From: Thalia democratica
Lineage: Eukaryota
DNA: 64,000 nt
Assembly (NCBI GenBank): GCA_965202585.1
Contig: OZ241831.1
Span: 43,896,001-43,960,000 of the forward strand
Reading direction: 5' to 3'
The translations under genes and the position numbers were made by a program. The notes beneath the pieces were generated by a model. The model saw only the letters and a program-made list of their open reading frames with translations. It was not told the origin of the DNA and ran no database searches. Shown piece after piece: positions 25,186 through 39,300 of this stretch (the stretch's first letter is position 1; every line of letters begins with the position of its first letter).

Positions 25186-26967
25186 ATGGATGAAAGAAAA
25201 CGTGTAAGTAACAGTGCTTCTCGTTATAACAAAATTAAAACTAAAAGCTCAAGTGAAAGGACCAATTTGAACGACTCAAATAAGAAAGTTAAAATTGTTT
25301 ATGAAAATGATTGCGAGAGTTTCTAAGCCAAATTGATACAAATATAGTATTCGAAAATGAAGTAAGAGATGAAACACATTATAGTGCTTTCATATATCAA
25401 GCATGTAATCGAATTAACAAAGAAACTTTAAAAAACTTGATAAAGTTTAATAATAAAGGTTTGTTCTACAAAATAATAATTGTCTTAATCTTATTATATT
25501 TTTCAATACTCTAGTTTTTTTATATTTAATAACAACTTTATTTTAGGTATAAAGCATAAATTTAACTTGACTTTGTTATTTTAGAAACAGAAAACAATAA
25601 TTTGACAAAGAGAGAAATACTTGAGTTTATAAGAATTGGTAACATTTTTTGCTTTAATACTTTTACAAAAGCTAGTAAAAGTTTGTTAAACAAATCAATT
25701 AACCAACAAAATGTCTTTTGCCTTTTTAAATTTTCAAAACGTTTTTGTGTGCAACGTCTCCAAAAACTTGCGTTTCAATACATTAAAATATGGTTCTGCC
25801 TCTAAGTTAAGAACGAGAAACATTTTGTGTTAAGTTTCGACTCACTGATAAAAGTTTTGTAGAGCTCGGAGTTGGATGTGACGTCAGAAATCGAACTCGC
25901 AGTAGCTGCTGACGGCTGGATAAAACACAGTAAAAGCCAAAGAGGAAAACACGCGTTAGAACTGATAAAACATGTTCGCTTTCCCCTGTTGACGCGGGCT
26001 TCATTACGAACGTTGTTGGCGAAAGGTAGTTCCTTTTCAAGGTGCAAGGACAGTAAAAGGTACTTAAAACAATTATTAAAAACAAAACCAACGATACATT
26101 TGACCCGAGCTCTGTTAGTTACCAGGCTCGGTACTGTGGTCAGAAAAACTATGAAATAATATTTAGTGAACATTCTGGAACGATAAGGCACAGCTTATAC
26201 AAAATTGACAATGGCAGGTTACTTGAAGAGTGTAAAATCGTAGATAGAATCTCATACAGTCTTCTCATTAACGGAGTGATTTATTTGATCGGTTCTCCCT
26301 TCATACATTTTTATTCAGCAGTGACAAAAAAAATTATGGAGAAAAAGGTTTGCGCGGTAAAAAAGTGTACGATGGATCTTGCGTGTGCAACTTTATGGGA
26401 AAGATCTACGTTGCTGGCGGATGTTTTCCGAGATCTCTGACAGTCTACGATCCCGACAGCAACGCTTGGAAGAAGAGAGCGGAAATGGCGGTGGGAAGAA
26501 CAGGTGCAGCTTGTTCGGTGTTTCGCGGCAGAGTGGTTGTGTCGGGCGGGGTGACCACACGGGCGAGGCATTTGGTTACGAGCGACAGCGTTGAAGCTTA
26601 CGACCATGCGTCCCACACGTGGTCACGACTGCCCGACATGCGGGAAAGAAGAAGCCTGCACGGTTCGGTGAGCATCGGGAACAAGCTGTACGTGATCGGC
26701 GGGTACCCGGGTCGGCCGTGCGAGGTGTTCGATCTTTTCAGCAACAACTTTGCCATCATACGAAAAGCAATGCCCTCGTTCGGTGGAAAGTTCGAACATG
26801 GAGTTAAGTGCACGTCGATAGGGAGCAAGATTTTTGTTTTCAAGTGATCAGCATGTACAGAGTACGCTGTGTTCGATGTTGACGAGCAGCAGTGGTTGGA
26901 TGTGCTAAGGAATGAATCGAGGAGGAAACCTCACTGCGCTTCTTGTATAAGGTCACCCAAGTTTTAA
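25186..26967 (+). pseudogene. BACK-Kelch (kelch-like) pseudogene
   Basis: ATG at 25186, with a probable intron from about 25459 to 25584. BACK motif (LSFDSLIKVL*SSELDVTSEIEL...WIKH...HVRFPLL) and Kelch repeats (KIYVAGG, RVVVSGG, KLYVIGG). Lesions: frameshifts near 25310, 26090 and 26345; in-frame stops at 25803-05, 25860-62 and 26845-47. Confidence 0.85.
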
Positions 26968-29900
26968 CTTGGTGTGTGTTTAATGTTTGGGTACATGACA
27001 ACACTTGACTTGTTTGGTTGTAGTTTTTTTTGTTTACTCACATCAGAATGCTAATTATTAATATTTCGTTCAGTTCTTTGAATTTTTTAAGTCTCTGAAG
27101 TTTTTAATAGGCTTTATGAATTTTCGTGTTTAAAGTTCCATAGAAGAAAGTTTGGAAGAAAAAAATTTAGACTAGTATTAAATATTTATTAATATTTTTA
27201 AAGGCAAATAAATACTTGTTTTTGTTATGAATTTGAATTTGACTAATACCTATTAGATAAATTTAATTATACAATCTTTTTATTTAGAATTTTTATACAT
27301 TTCTACGTTTTATGAAATGTGAATTAAGCTATTGATTAGTAAACCATTTTAATTCAAATAAATTTTATGTAGATACATCAACTTAACAAAAAATTTGTTT
27401 TGGGTTTTTTCTTTAGTTTTTAAGCTTGAATAGGTTTCATGAATGTAAATAGTTTTTAATTTTACAGCGTGTAATAAAAAAAAAACATGTACTGAAATAG
27501 TCAAAAATATTCTTTTATCACAAGCTTATATATTTTTAAAACCATAAGTTTTTTTGTATATTTTGTTTTAAAACTCATCGTATTTAAAAGCTTTAATGCA
27601 AAATATTCTCCAATGAATCCAAATTAGTTGAAGCGAAAGACTATTAGTGCACGAAAATAAGTAAAGAGGGTTGTTGGGTAAAAACGAGCAATGAATGATA
27701 GAATACGATAATTATTTGAAAGTCACAATGTGTTTTTTGTTATAAAAATTCAAAAATATATATTTTTTTAAATACCGATCAACGGAAAAAAATAGTAAAC
27801 TATAGAAAGATATCCGAGCAACTTTTAACATAATGTTTTAATGTCAACTAATGTTTAGTTAAAACCGGTATGAAGTTAAACACATTATACAAATAGATAT
27901 TTTGTTTTAAATGAAAATATTTATCGTCAGGTCTAGCCAGATAACCAATAAATAAACAGAAAATAAAAAATTTATAGTATGATAATTAATCTTATATTCT
28001 AGATAATAAACTTCATACTTTCACGACTACAACAAATTAAAATTAGATATACACAATAATTTAATATGATCATTTGGTGTTTTAAATTTTAATAAGCTAA
28101 GCATATCAATTTATAAACCTTTAAACTAATTATAAAAGTTTTGGTAAAGTTTAAAATAAGGGTATGCATAAGCTCATTTGTTATAAATTCAAATAAGACA
28201 TCAGCTTAATAGTATTAAACTTATTATGTAAGAACAAAAGTGTTAAGTAATTAATTATAAAGTATTTCTCAAGTCAAACTTTATACTGATTAAATTTTAT
28301 TAGTGGTAAAAAAGGTTGTTAGTCACAATAAATTATATTATTTTGTACAGTTTTAATCTTCCGGTAGTTTATTTTACATTTTCTGTAAAAGAAATGATAA
28401 TTATTCCATCCAAGTTGTTTCTTTTCTATTTTTTTCTTTTTTGTTAAAGTTCATTTTTACCACAAAATTCAAAGCAAAATATTTGCTGTGAATGGTTCCT
28501 TGTTTTTCGTTATAAATTGCTTTGACGCCTGATATGCTGATACTTTTTTATTTTTAGGAACAATAAAAATGGTTTTTGAATTGCTAAAAAATATAGAAAT
28601 TTAAAAATTTAGTTTAGCTTTATATATTTTATAAATAAAATGTAACCTAAAAATTCTAAAAAAATAGTTATAGATCTGGTTTTAAAAGTTTCACAAGATA
28701 CTTTTAAATTACTCTGACTTTTAATTAAAAAATTTATATATTTACTTTTTTTCAACTATGTAATTAAAAATATAGTGGCAGGATTTTTTCAAATTTACAT
28801 TAATACTTTTCTTAAACATGTATAGCAAGTGAAAAATAAAAAAAAACTTTTAGGACCTAATCAACTTAAATTTACCTATTGCACCAAATGGTGTCTAAAA
28901 ATTATTCGTTTTATTAGCATTACATTAAAAGTAAATTCTAAAATTTGATAATGTTGTATTGTATATAAAATATGCCTTAATAAAAATTCGAGCAATAAAG
29001 AGCAGAATTGTTAGAAATTTCTAACAAAAAGTTCTAAATACTAAAAAAACTTATGTTTGTTTAAACTTAAAATGTAATAATTAAATATCTAAGTGGCAAT
29101 TTTCTCACAAAAATCGGGCAACTATGATCTGAAATTTAAAAAAGTTATAATAATAACTAAGAGTTTTCAAAACATGTATTTGTCCTTGCCACTAATAAAA
29201 GATATGTATGTATTAATTTTGTAGCTTAACATTTCAACTTTACATGTTTTAATATCTTTATTTTTTTACTTTATATGGATTTTAGTCGATTTTAGTTTTA
29301 AAAATGTCTAGTTTATTAAACGCCAAAAAAAAGTTCACGCTTATCTTTTTTGTTAAAGTACTTGGTGTATAAAAGAATACTAGTAAATGTAAAAATAATA
29401 AAAAGAAAGTATACAAACGATAAAAAAACACTAATAGGTGTATTTATAATAAAAGAAAATAATAAAAAGCAATAAGAAAAGTAGTAAAGATTTATTAGCT
29501 ATCTCATTACATAATACTTGATATTATCCATTTAGAATTTTACTATAAACTTGTTTATACATTGAAAAAATGTTGTTTAATGAACTTTTGCTTATCTTAA
29601 TGTACATTGTACGTATAGTATAAGCTTTTCAGATATTCTAACATATTATATTTACTTTATTTTACAGACTGTCCTGGAATATTCTTTAAATTTTACCCAA
29701 AAGTGTTTCGATAACTGGAAGGTTTTTTGTGCACCAGACCAGTTCCTTTTATCCAAATTATTAAAATAATTTTTTTCGTCGTTTAGTAAACAAAATATTG
29801 CATTAGCATTAAAGAACTTTTCTTTATAAGAATACTATAGATTATTTTAGACAGTAACAATTTTAATTTCATTAAAAAATTCTTTAAAACTTTAACATGT

Positions 29901-31176
29901 TCCGATAAAACAAACATAGTTTTTCAGGAAGAAAAAAGGATTGTTTATCATTTCTACCGAATATAAGTCCACAAAGAATAAAATAGCTAAGTTTGAATAC
30001 TGAATGTCTTAAAGCTTTGAAGCATTTCAAAAATAAAAGTTTTCAAAACAGTAATGCTTTTTAAACAATATTAAGCAAATTACAATTCTATAGTAAGTTT
30101 AAAAACATATAGAGTTTAAGTTTTATTGATAAAGTTCTGTATGGACCTCATTAAGAAAGAGAAAAAATTGTTGCAGGTCACAGTGTTTTTAAAAACTTAA
30201 ATGTAATAAAAAAAGTGCAGACAAATATGGTCAAATGACTGACATGGAGAAAGTAGTTTTTTAAAAAGAGAAGAGGGACCTTGTTGATGACAACTATGAA
30301 GAATATTGCTCTAGTTCAAGAATAAAATTGTTTATGTTTAGTTAATAATACTAAGAGTGAAGTATTACAATATGAAAGCATATAAAAGTTCATTATGTTT
30401 GTGAAACTTGAAGCAATACTAATGCTCCATATTTTAAAAAAGTGTTTAACAAATGTTTAAAGTATGCTGTGTTTCCTCAGTCACTGAAATATGCGGAGGT
30501 GAACCTAGTTTAAAAATAAATCAATAAAAACAGGACTTAAATTATATCTGGAACCTTAAAATACCTGGAAAAATAAGTAATGTGCAAATTTTAAAATAGT
30601 TTTTGTGTATATAAGTAATATTAGATTAATTGTTAAAGAATTGTTATACACATTATCTGTTTTTAAATATTTGAAGTTATATTTGATATAAAACAGACTT
30701 AAAGTATAATAAAAGTATTTTTCTAGTCATTTCAAAAAATGTTTATCATTGCAAAAGGGAGAGTGAGTTGTGATGTTTTTCTACCTTAAAAAAATTATAT
30801 TTCAATTGCTAAAAAGGTTTAAAAAAATTTTACTTTTAAAAACCCTGTAGAAATTTATAGAAGTAGCCACTCTAGATTAAAAAGGTTCAATGTTGAATTT
30901 TCAATCTATTTTAAAGATAAAAGCCAATCAACTGTAATAAATAACAATGTTTCTTAGTGTGAAATTGAGAATGTTGGAGAAATACAAAGTTCTTGTTTAG
31001 GTCTTTAGTTGATCCATGTATATATTATAAATATTGTTTTTAGTATGGCCTGAGTTACCAACATTGAGATGCTAACTATGTGGTTAATTGTTATCAATAA
31101 GGTGCTGAGTAAAGTAGATATATGATTGCATGCTATTAAACTTTTAGCTATTAAAAATTAAAACTTTTTCTTTTAG

Positions 31177-31591
31177 TAGGGTGGTCATTTAATCTGGTAA
31201 AGCTTAGAATTTGAACAATTAAGCAACCCAAAAACCTGGATTTTGGTACTCTAGATAAGTTGGCAATTTAACCTGGTATTTGAAAAACTAGGCAAAAAAA
31301 ACCTAGAAAACCAGATATTTTGAAAAATTTTAACATTTTACTTGGATATAATTTAAAAAATCCAATACAAACAATATAAACTTTTGTATTATGTTAAAGT
31401 TTATTTACTAAAATGTGCATCTTAGTAGCATTACAGTATCTTTTCAAAATTTTCATTCTACTTAAAACAATTTTATATTAGCTTATATTTAATTTTATAC
31501 TAAAAGTAGATAAGAAAACTTGTACTTTTGAAAAGCTTGAAGAAAATTTATAGACCTAAAAGTAATTTCTTAAAAATTAGTAGCCATGCTA
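31177..31591. mobile_element. Degenerate copy of the aaaacctgga hAT-like MITE family
   Basis: Starts tagggtggtca, carries aaaacctgg-type subterminal repeats and the internal ttacagtatcttttca shared with 42774-43117, and ends gtagccatgcta. No TSD is retained. Confidence 0.55.
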
Positions 31592-31711
31592 TTCAAAAAA
31601 ATTCTTAAAAAACCTTGAACTTTCATTAAATATCATGAAAAGTTCTGAAAAACTTTAAAATTTAAAATAACTTTTATAATTAAAATGTAGAATAGATGAA
31701 ATGACTATAGT

Positions 31712-32215
31712 TAGGATTCCCACTTCCCTATAAATTTGCAATATTGCGGAAAATCCCTAGATGAAATTGAAAAATATGTAAAAATCCCTATATTTTCCTT
31801 TTTTTTGCTTGGTGATTGAAATTTTAAAGTCAAAACAGTAACAACGCATGGTGAAAAAACATATTTAAAAAAATCTAATTATCTTTTTTATATCAAAGTC
31901 CTTGCAATCTTGTCACAAAACTGTGACTTTCTTGCACCACCTAGCGGATAAAAATTTCATTTTTTTACATTAAATTCAATTTAACTAAATTTTGCTTATT
32001 TATCTAAAATTAGAGCTCAAAAAACTTTGAACTTTTGTAAATTTCTGATTAAGAATGTGGTTATAAACGGTTAATGACATGTTTTACATTATGTACAGTA
32101 AAAACATGTTTGTAACGTTAAAAATTCATTGATTTTTTTGATAATTTCCCTATAAATTTGCTACACTTCATCGATTTTCCTATATATATTTATTTTTATT
32201 TTAGTAAGAACCCTG
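31712..32215. mobile_element. hAT-like MITE with 6-bp TSD
   Basis: Degenerate TIRs taggattcccac / gtaagaaccctg, subterminal tccctata repeats, and tatagt on both sides (31706-11 and 32216-21). Confidence 0.65.
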
Positions 32216-34540
32216 TATAGTATATATATAATAAAATTTTTACACTGCTTCAGAGTTATATTTGTTTCAAATAACATTTAAAATGAGATCACAATATCTT
32301 ATGTCAGGTTTATGTTTTTTAAGCATATTTTGCCTTAAATGCAGATTTCTACTAAAAAAGGACAAGACATGTAATTGTACATGCTTCAAAAAACCTGAAA
32401 GACTTTTGAAACATTCTAGGCCACCCTGTAAAGTTTGAAAAATGTGACCTAATTGTATTAGTGAATGGTTTTGTTTTTGAGCAGAGTACAATTTGTAGGT
32501 TACTTAAATATAAACTTTATGGTTATAGTGTAGTGTACAACCACACTATAAACTATCACAAAGCAATACTAAAAGCTATTCTATACTACTTATACAAACT
32601 ATGCATAACTTTTGGTGGTTGTATTTTTATTAAGGTTAATATCAAAGACTAAAAAATAAAGAAGATCTTACTTTAGAAAATACTTTATAAATACTTTTAA
32701 AATACTTTTAAATGTGTTCAAAACTTTTACACAAGCATTTTATCTAACAGGAATATACTTTTAGAATGTTAGCTGAAAATTATTATTTTAATACAATTTT
32801 ACTTATTATATCTCTATTTAATTAGTTCAATTATGATAATTAAAATCTTATGATAATAGTAGAAAGGATCATGGTTGTAAATAAATTAAAAATAAACCCT
32901 TTTTAATGTGTATCGTACAAGCAAATCAGAAATTTATTTAAGATATACATTTATTAAGATAAATTAAAGTGATTAATAAACAGAATGTAAATATCATTTA
33001 TTCAGACCTTTAGAGGATTTATATATACTTAGATAATCATAATATTTATATTAAAAACAAATCAAGGCTAATTAACTAAAATTTTTTGAGTTTTACTGCT
33101 TTTTTTCAATTTTCTTATAAACTCAGGCTGATTCAGACTAACTTTATGTAACTTAAATTATTTTTTGGTCTTTTGCTTCAAGGAGCCAGCAAGTAACATT
33201 TTATGATTTGTATGCACACTTTTGTTGAGGTTTTGTGAGCAGATGGTACACAAAGTAATAAGTCCTAAAGAAGTTTGATACAATAAGTTTTGTTTTAATT
33301 TTTATTCAAGCACTGCAAAAGCAGTTTATCAAAAGAAACAGTGTGGCTTAAAAACTTGAGAGTACTGGAATTTTATCAATATCCTATTTTCATAATCCAC
33401 TAAGAAAATTGGAACTTTTTATTATTTTTGCATTTAAAGTAACAAAGTTTAGATAAATTACAAACATATATAATGATAATAATCTTTTTTGTATCATTAA
33501 AAACACATTTAAATCAGTTTTAAAGTATTTTTTCAATGTCATTATACAGTTTAAGACAGTTTTTTACCTAAACTTTAATTTTATTCTAAAAATGACCAAA
33601 AACCCTGAAAATAATTTACAAAAAACCTTTAGTAACTTTGAAGAAAAAACAAAATATATTAATAATTTTTAAACGACAAATAAAATTAATTTGTATTTAT
33701 ATTATAATAAAATGTTCATCTTTTCTAGAAAACTATGAAATCTTAAGCTAAAATACAAAGTTGGAGAAATTATTACAAATACAAGTTACCTTCCAACTTT
33801 TTTTTTTTTGATTAGTGGCACGTCACTTTTTATGATAGTTAGTTTGATTACAAAATAAATGTTTTATTTTTAATAATTTCTGTGCACATTACCACGAACG
33901 TACACTTTGAAAGTCACAACCATCACATTGACAAAAAAAAAGCCATTTTCTCACAACAGACAGCAGCTTGTTCTTGTGGGCAGATATACTTTTTAAAAAC
34001 TATGTAATTTAAAATTTATTGTATATTTTTACCACAGAATGAAAAGTATATAATGGAAACCCTACCATCAGCTTAGTTGAACAAAGTTAGAAAAATAGTA
34101 TAATAATAATATAAACTAAAAAAAAAGATTTAAGTATTAATATTTTGCTTTACCTTCTTTGAAATTGTTTAATAACTATTTACTTATTTCAAAAAAGTCT
34201 TCTATCTTAAATTTTGAAAAACACTGATGTCAAATAAATGTAAAATTTACTATTAAAATTATTATTGACTACCAACATACCAAAGTTAGACTTATCCCTT
34301 ATACTTGACATAAGAAAATTAATTAAAGTTATTTAAATAGTTTAAAGTATTATAAAGTAGTAAAAAAAAAAATAAATTTTTATTATTTAATATTTTGTCA
34401 GAAAAAATTAACAAAAAAGTACTGTTTTTAGACCTTTCATTGAATGAAGTCAGCATTTAGTGTACAGTTGGTAATAAAAGTACAAGATATTAGATAAAAC
34501 TTAACTGATTTTTTGACATATATGTTTTATTAGCTTTACT

Positions 34541-34901
34541 CAGGGTTGCCAAAAAACCTTGAAATCTGGAAAAACGTGGAATTTGACAATTTAGGCTAAT
34601 AAAACCTGAAAATTGAGAAACTCTGAAAAAAAATTTGTGAAATTTGTAACAAATTTAACATATTTAAGTAGTAAAATTTCAATATAATCAAAAAATCTAT
34701 CATATAGATAACTTTTATTTGACATCATCAATTTTTTTTTATTAAAGACACATTTAAAGTAGTTTAAGAGTATCTTTTCAATGTTTTTATACTATTAACA
34801 CAATTTCTTACCTTAAACTTAACTTTAAACTAAAAATAGACCCAAAAACTGGTACTTTTAAAAACCTGGAGAAATTTTGCAAAAAACATTTGGCAACTCT
34901 G
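34541..34901. mobile_element. hAT-like MITE (aaaacctgga family)
   Basis: TIRs cagggttgcca / tggcaactctg. Colinear with 42774-43117. Flanks tttact / ttcact match at 5 of 6 positions. Confidence 0.8.
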
Positions 34902-36330
34902 TTCACTTTACTTGTTTTTAGGAAAAGGTTATATTGAAATGTGTATTTAAATTAAGCTTAAGTTTTAGCTTATTAATAGTAGTTATACCAAAACAGTTTC
35001 TACATGTATTTGTCTATGTATGAAAATTTTTACTTGATCTTTGAAAATAGTTACCCTTTTTAATGTAAATTTAAACAGGGGTCAAAACAAAATCCAGCTA
35101 TTACACTTTTTAAACTTGATTGTTCTAACTTTTTATTTTAGAAGTTTTTGATAAAATTATGCATGTTTCATGGTTTCAAGAACTTAATTTAAATAAATAG
35201 TTAATGAATCAATTAAATTTTAAATTACTATGAGTATAATGTAAATAAAGTCCAATATTGTGCGGAAAAAAGACACTGTAGTAAAAACTCTGCAAATTGA
35301 ATATTTTTAATTAAAGAATTTTGTTTTATTTTTCTTGATTTTTTAATCCTTCTGTCATACTATTATGAAATTTGTTAAAGTCATTTTACTAGTTATTGCC
35401 CTTGAATACACAAATTACCCCAAGGAGGCCACATAACCCACTTTAGGAGAATCTGCTCTTTATAGCTTTTTTATTCAAGTATTGGCAACCCTGCTCTATA
35501 ATGTTTGACTTAAGTTTATTTTTTAGTTTAAAATGTTTTGTATACTCTAAAAATAATAAAGAAGTAATTTCATTTAGTTTTTATAATTTAACACTACTAG
35601 TTTGCCACTCACTGAGAATAGTTTAAAGCTATTCAAAAAGTCAGAATTACTGAGTCCAACTCTAGTTAATTATAAATTTTTTTACAGTATTTAAGAAATT
35701 AAAACATTTGAGATAAAAGTAATTAAATTTAATAAGTTCCAAAGGTTTTTTATTGAAGAGGCAAATTAAGAAGGCAGAAAGACTGTTTCAAAAAAAAATA
35801 CTCCTAATTTTAAACAAATCTTTTTAAATGTTTACAGTTAATCACTTTATTATATTAATTAATATATTAGTAATATAATATTTTATCATTTTACATAATA
35901 ACTTGATCAAATACTTTTTCTGATAGAGATGAAATTTAAGAATGGATATTTTAGATAAAATTTTATTTATTTTTATAAAAAAATCATTGTTTTTAATTAT
36001 TTAGGGAATGTTTTCTCAAAGTTTGAGGTCTCAATTTCCTCAAAAAAAAAAGATAGATTTTAAGAGAATTTTAAATTTAAAGAAAGATTATACAAGAAAA
36101 AATTGTTGTCCATACTTATGTATTTAAAAGTTTTTACAAAAATAACTATTTCTTAAAAATTAATTAAATTATTTATACTATTTAAAAAATGACTGATAGT
36201 TTTTACTTAAAAAGTTTTTATTTAGGCGCCTGTGTTAATTTAATTTATAATTCTAGCATTTATTATTTATCTATCTTATTTTATTGAATTGTGTTTTTTA
36301 GAGTTAACTAGTTAACAAACATATATAAAA

Positions 36331-39300
36331 ATGGTATTTAAACTGAACGTTGTGCAAGAAGACTTCTACGCAGTGACCACCAACAACAAAATCTTCATCA
36401 ACTGCAAAGGAAAACCAACTACCATCTCACTGCCAGATGATAAAAGCAATGTAAAAATTGATGCAAGCGCTTTTTCAAAATCATACAATCTGCTAGCAGT
36501 GGTGTACAGTGATAAAAGTTTAAAAATTTGGAAGAAGTCTGAAGGTTTGTTTGATATTTTGATTCTTTTTAAATAACATAGAATTACAATTTCTGAAGTT
36601 TATTAGTTATGATTTGAGATTTTTAAACTGCTAATTTAAGTGCTAATTGAATATTAATATAATATAACTTTTTTTGCAACTCAAAACAAAAACAACTAAA
36701 CTATCTAAGACTCAATACGTACTCAAACCAATACTCAAATAAAAACAACATTCAATTTATAAATATTAAAGATTCCTGGAAGCTAGTAAAGGAAGCAGTG
36801 GTGCCAAGATGTCTGCTCGCTGTTTGTTTTGATGAAGAAGAACAAAGTGTTTATATGGGAGATAAGTGTGGGAATGTATACAAGTACAAGGTAGATGTTT
36901 GCTTTGAGCTGTGTTTAAATGTTTTCAAGTGTAAATAATGCTTTTATTTTTTTTGATTGACATGGTGTTTAGATTTTTGTTTCATTTTTGTACAAAAATT
37001 TTGAAAAAAACCTGCAATTTTGTACAAAAGTTGTGAAAAAACCTACATTTTTGTACAAAAATCGTAAAAAGAGCTGGATTTTTTATATTTTAGTTTTTTA
37101 ACATTTTTGATATAACAAAATTATAAATTTGATCATTTTTAGACTTAAAAAGTGTATGCAAGATTTTAATTAGTAATTGATAAGTTATTATTGCTTTGAT
37201 TAATGGAACTCTTTTTTTAACCTGCATGTCCATTGTTTTGGATTTCAAGTAAATCCACTTAACAAGAATCTTTTCTGACTGATGCAACTTAATAAAGTTT
37301 AGATTAAGAGTAAACTAAAAGCAACAGAAAATTAAGACCAAAGCCATTAAGAATGTCTGATTCAATGTTTTATGCTAAATGTATTTTATATTAATTGTTG
37401 CAAAAAATAAAGAAATATTTAATTAAATGAGTTGATAAATGATAATAATAAATTAACATATTAAAACTAACAACAAATAAACTAGATTGTATGTATTTAT
37501 GTTATATATCAACATAAAGGCTTTTGAACAATCCTATAAGAAGAACTTTGAAGAAATTGATTCAAAATAATAGTACAGGTTGCAACAGAATAAAAAACAG
37601 ATTTAATTATAGTAATGTTGTATCATTTAAGTAGTAAAAACACCTTTTGCAATTTAAGATTAGTTTACTACTAAAATATTCAAAAAGATGTACTTTCAAA
37701 AACCTGGAAGAAATTCTGAAAAACCTTAAGGACATTTTTTAAAAACTTCGGCCACTACTATGTTATATGTGTTTTTTTATTAAAAGTTTAGATATAAATG
37801 TAATTATAAGTCTCTAGTATAATTTATGTTTATAATTTAATTTGAAAATTTTAATAATAAAATTTTATAAAAAACATACGTTTTATAAAGCTTAACTTTA
37901 AAAATTAATAAATTGTTTTTGTTTTAAATTTTTTCTTTAGTTTTTATGTTGCAATGAAATTCCAAGAACTCTTTTTTGATAGTTAAAATATATTTTGAAG
38001 ACAAATCATTATTTATAAAGCGATTCCTGCTACCTATTATAAGACCACAGGGAAGAATTTCATATTTAAAAATTTAACATATTTGATTAAGAAAAACAAT
38101 TGTTTGTAAATAAGTATAAATTACTAATAAGTAATTATATATCAATTATTTAAGAGTTCATGGGATGTTTATCTATATATAATGAGTTTCTTATGTTGTA
38201 TATATTTTTTTTTTGGCAAACTTTTTCTAGTTAAAAATGGTCAAAAAAACTCTTGCTAATAAGAGGCTACTTTAATTACTTCAAACTGTGTTTTTGTAGC
38301 AGAGCAATTCAGGGTTCGTGCGCGTCAGGCTAAGTCAGGCTAAATCAGTTTTTTTGAAAAAAGTTGAAAAACGTCAGGCTAAATCAGTTTTTATGTTTAA
38401 AAATTTGAGAATCTCAGTTTTGGTCAGTTCAAATGCATGAAATTTTTTTAATTAAGATCAAATTGAGATGTGAATTTATTTCTAAATAAAGATTTAGTTA
38501 TTAAAGACAAAATCAGTCAGTATTTGTAAAAATAAGTGCTTAAAACCTTTTGTTGAATCTCTAAAATAATTTTAAGAATCTTCATTATTTTGTTTTCAGT
38601 AGATTATATACGTCATAATTATAAAAATTCATAATAAAGTACAGTTTAAACATTACAGTTTAGTTCAACAACTTAGCTGTTTGTCTGAATTTGTTTACAT
38701 GAGCTTTGTTTTTCAGAGCTTAGTTGGTTAAACTGTTTTAATATCTAATATAAAGGCTTTATACCAAATACTTTTGAGATTACTCTTAGCAGTTTGTTCA
38801 TATATTTTATTTTGTGTTTTTCAAAGTTATTAGAGATATTCACAAAACTAAAACTTAGCTTAAAAACTTAGCTTTGTAACTGAGCCCCAAAATTTAATAA
38901 AGGTATGAATTCATTGAAGCAGAAATTATAATGACCAGTTAAAAATATTCAAGTTGCTGGGTAAGCGATTGATAGATGTTGAAAAATAATTCATTTAAAT
39001 TTTTATTTTCTTTAAAAGTAGTTTTGTGAATACTTTTATTGCGTTAATTTGCTAATTAAGACCCCCCGATACCCAAAATGCCTTCTAAAGGTGATTTTTT
39101 CTACTTTGAAAAAATGTCAGGCTAAATAGGTCTCTGTCAGGCTAAATGAAAAGGAATTTCGCGCACGAACCCTGGCAATTATTTCAGTTACTATTTGGTT
39201 ATTTAAATCAGAAACTCTTTGATAAATTTTACGTTTCTAAAACTGTTGCAGTAGAATTATGTATTTGTTAATATGTTTAACATTAAAACAATGTTTTTTA

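Noticed and set aside
25802-26843. Antisense and alternate-frame ORFs over the Kelch locus (also 39913-40284, 41952-42158, 49391-49642, 52688-52939)
   Set aside because: Shadows of GC-rich coding exons on the other strand or frame.
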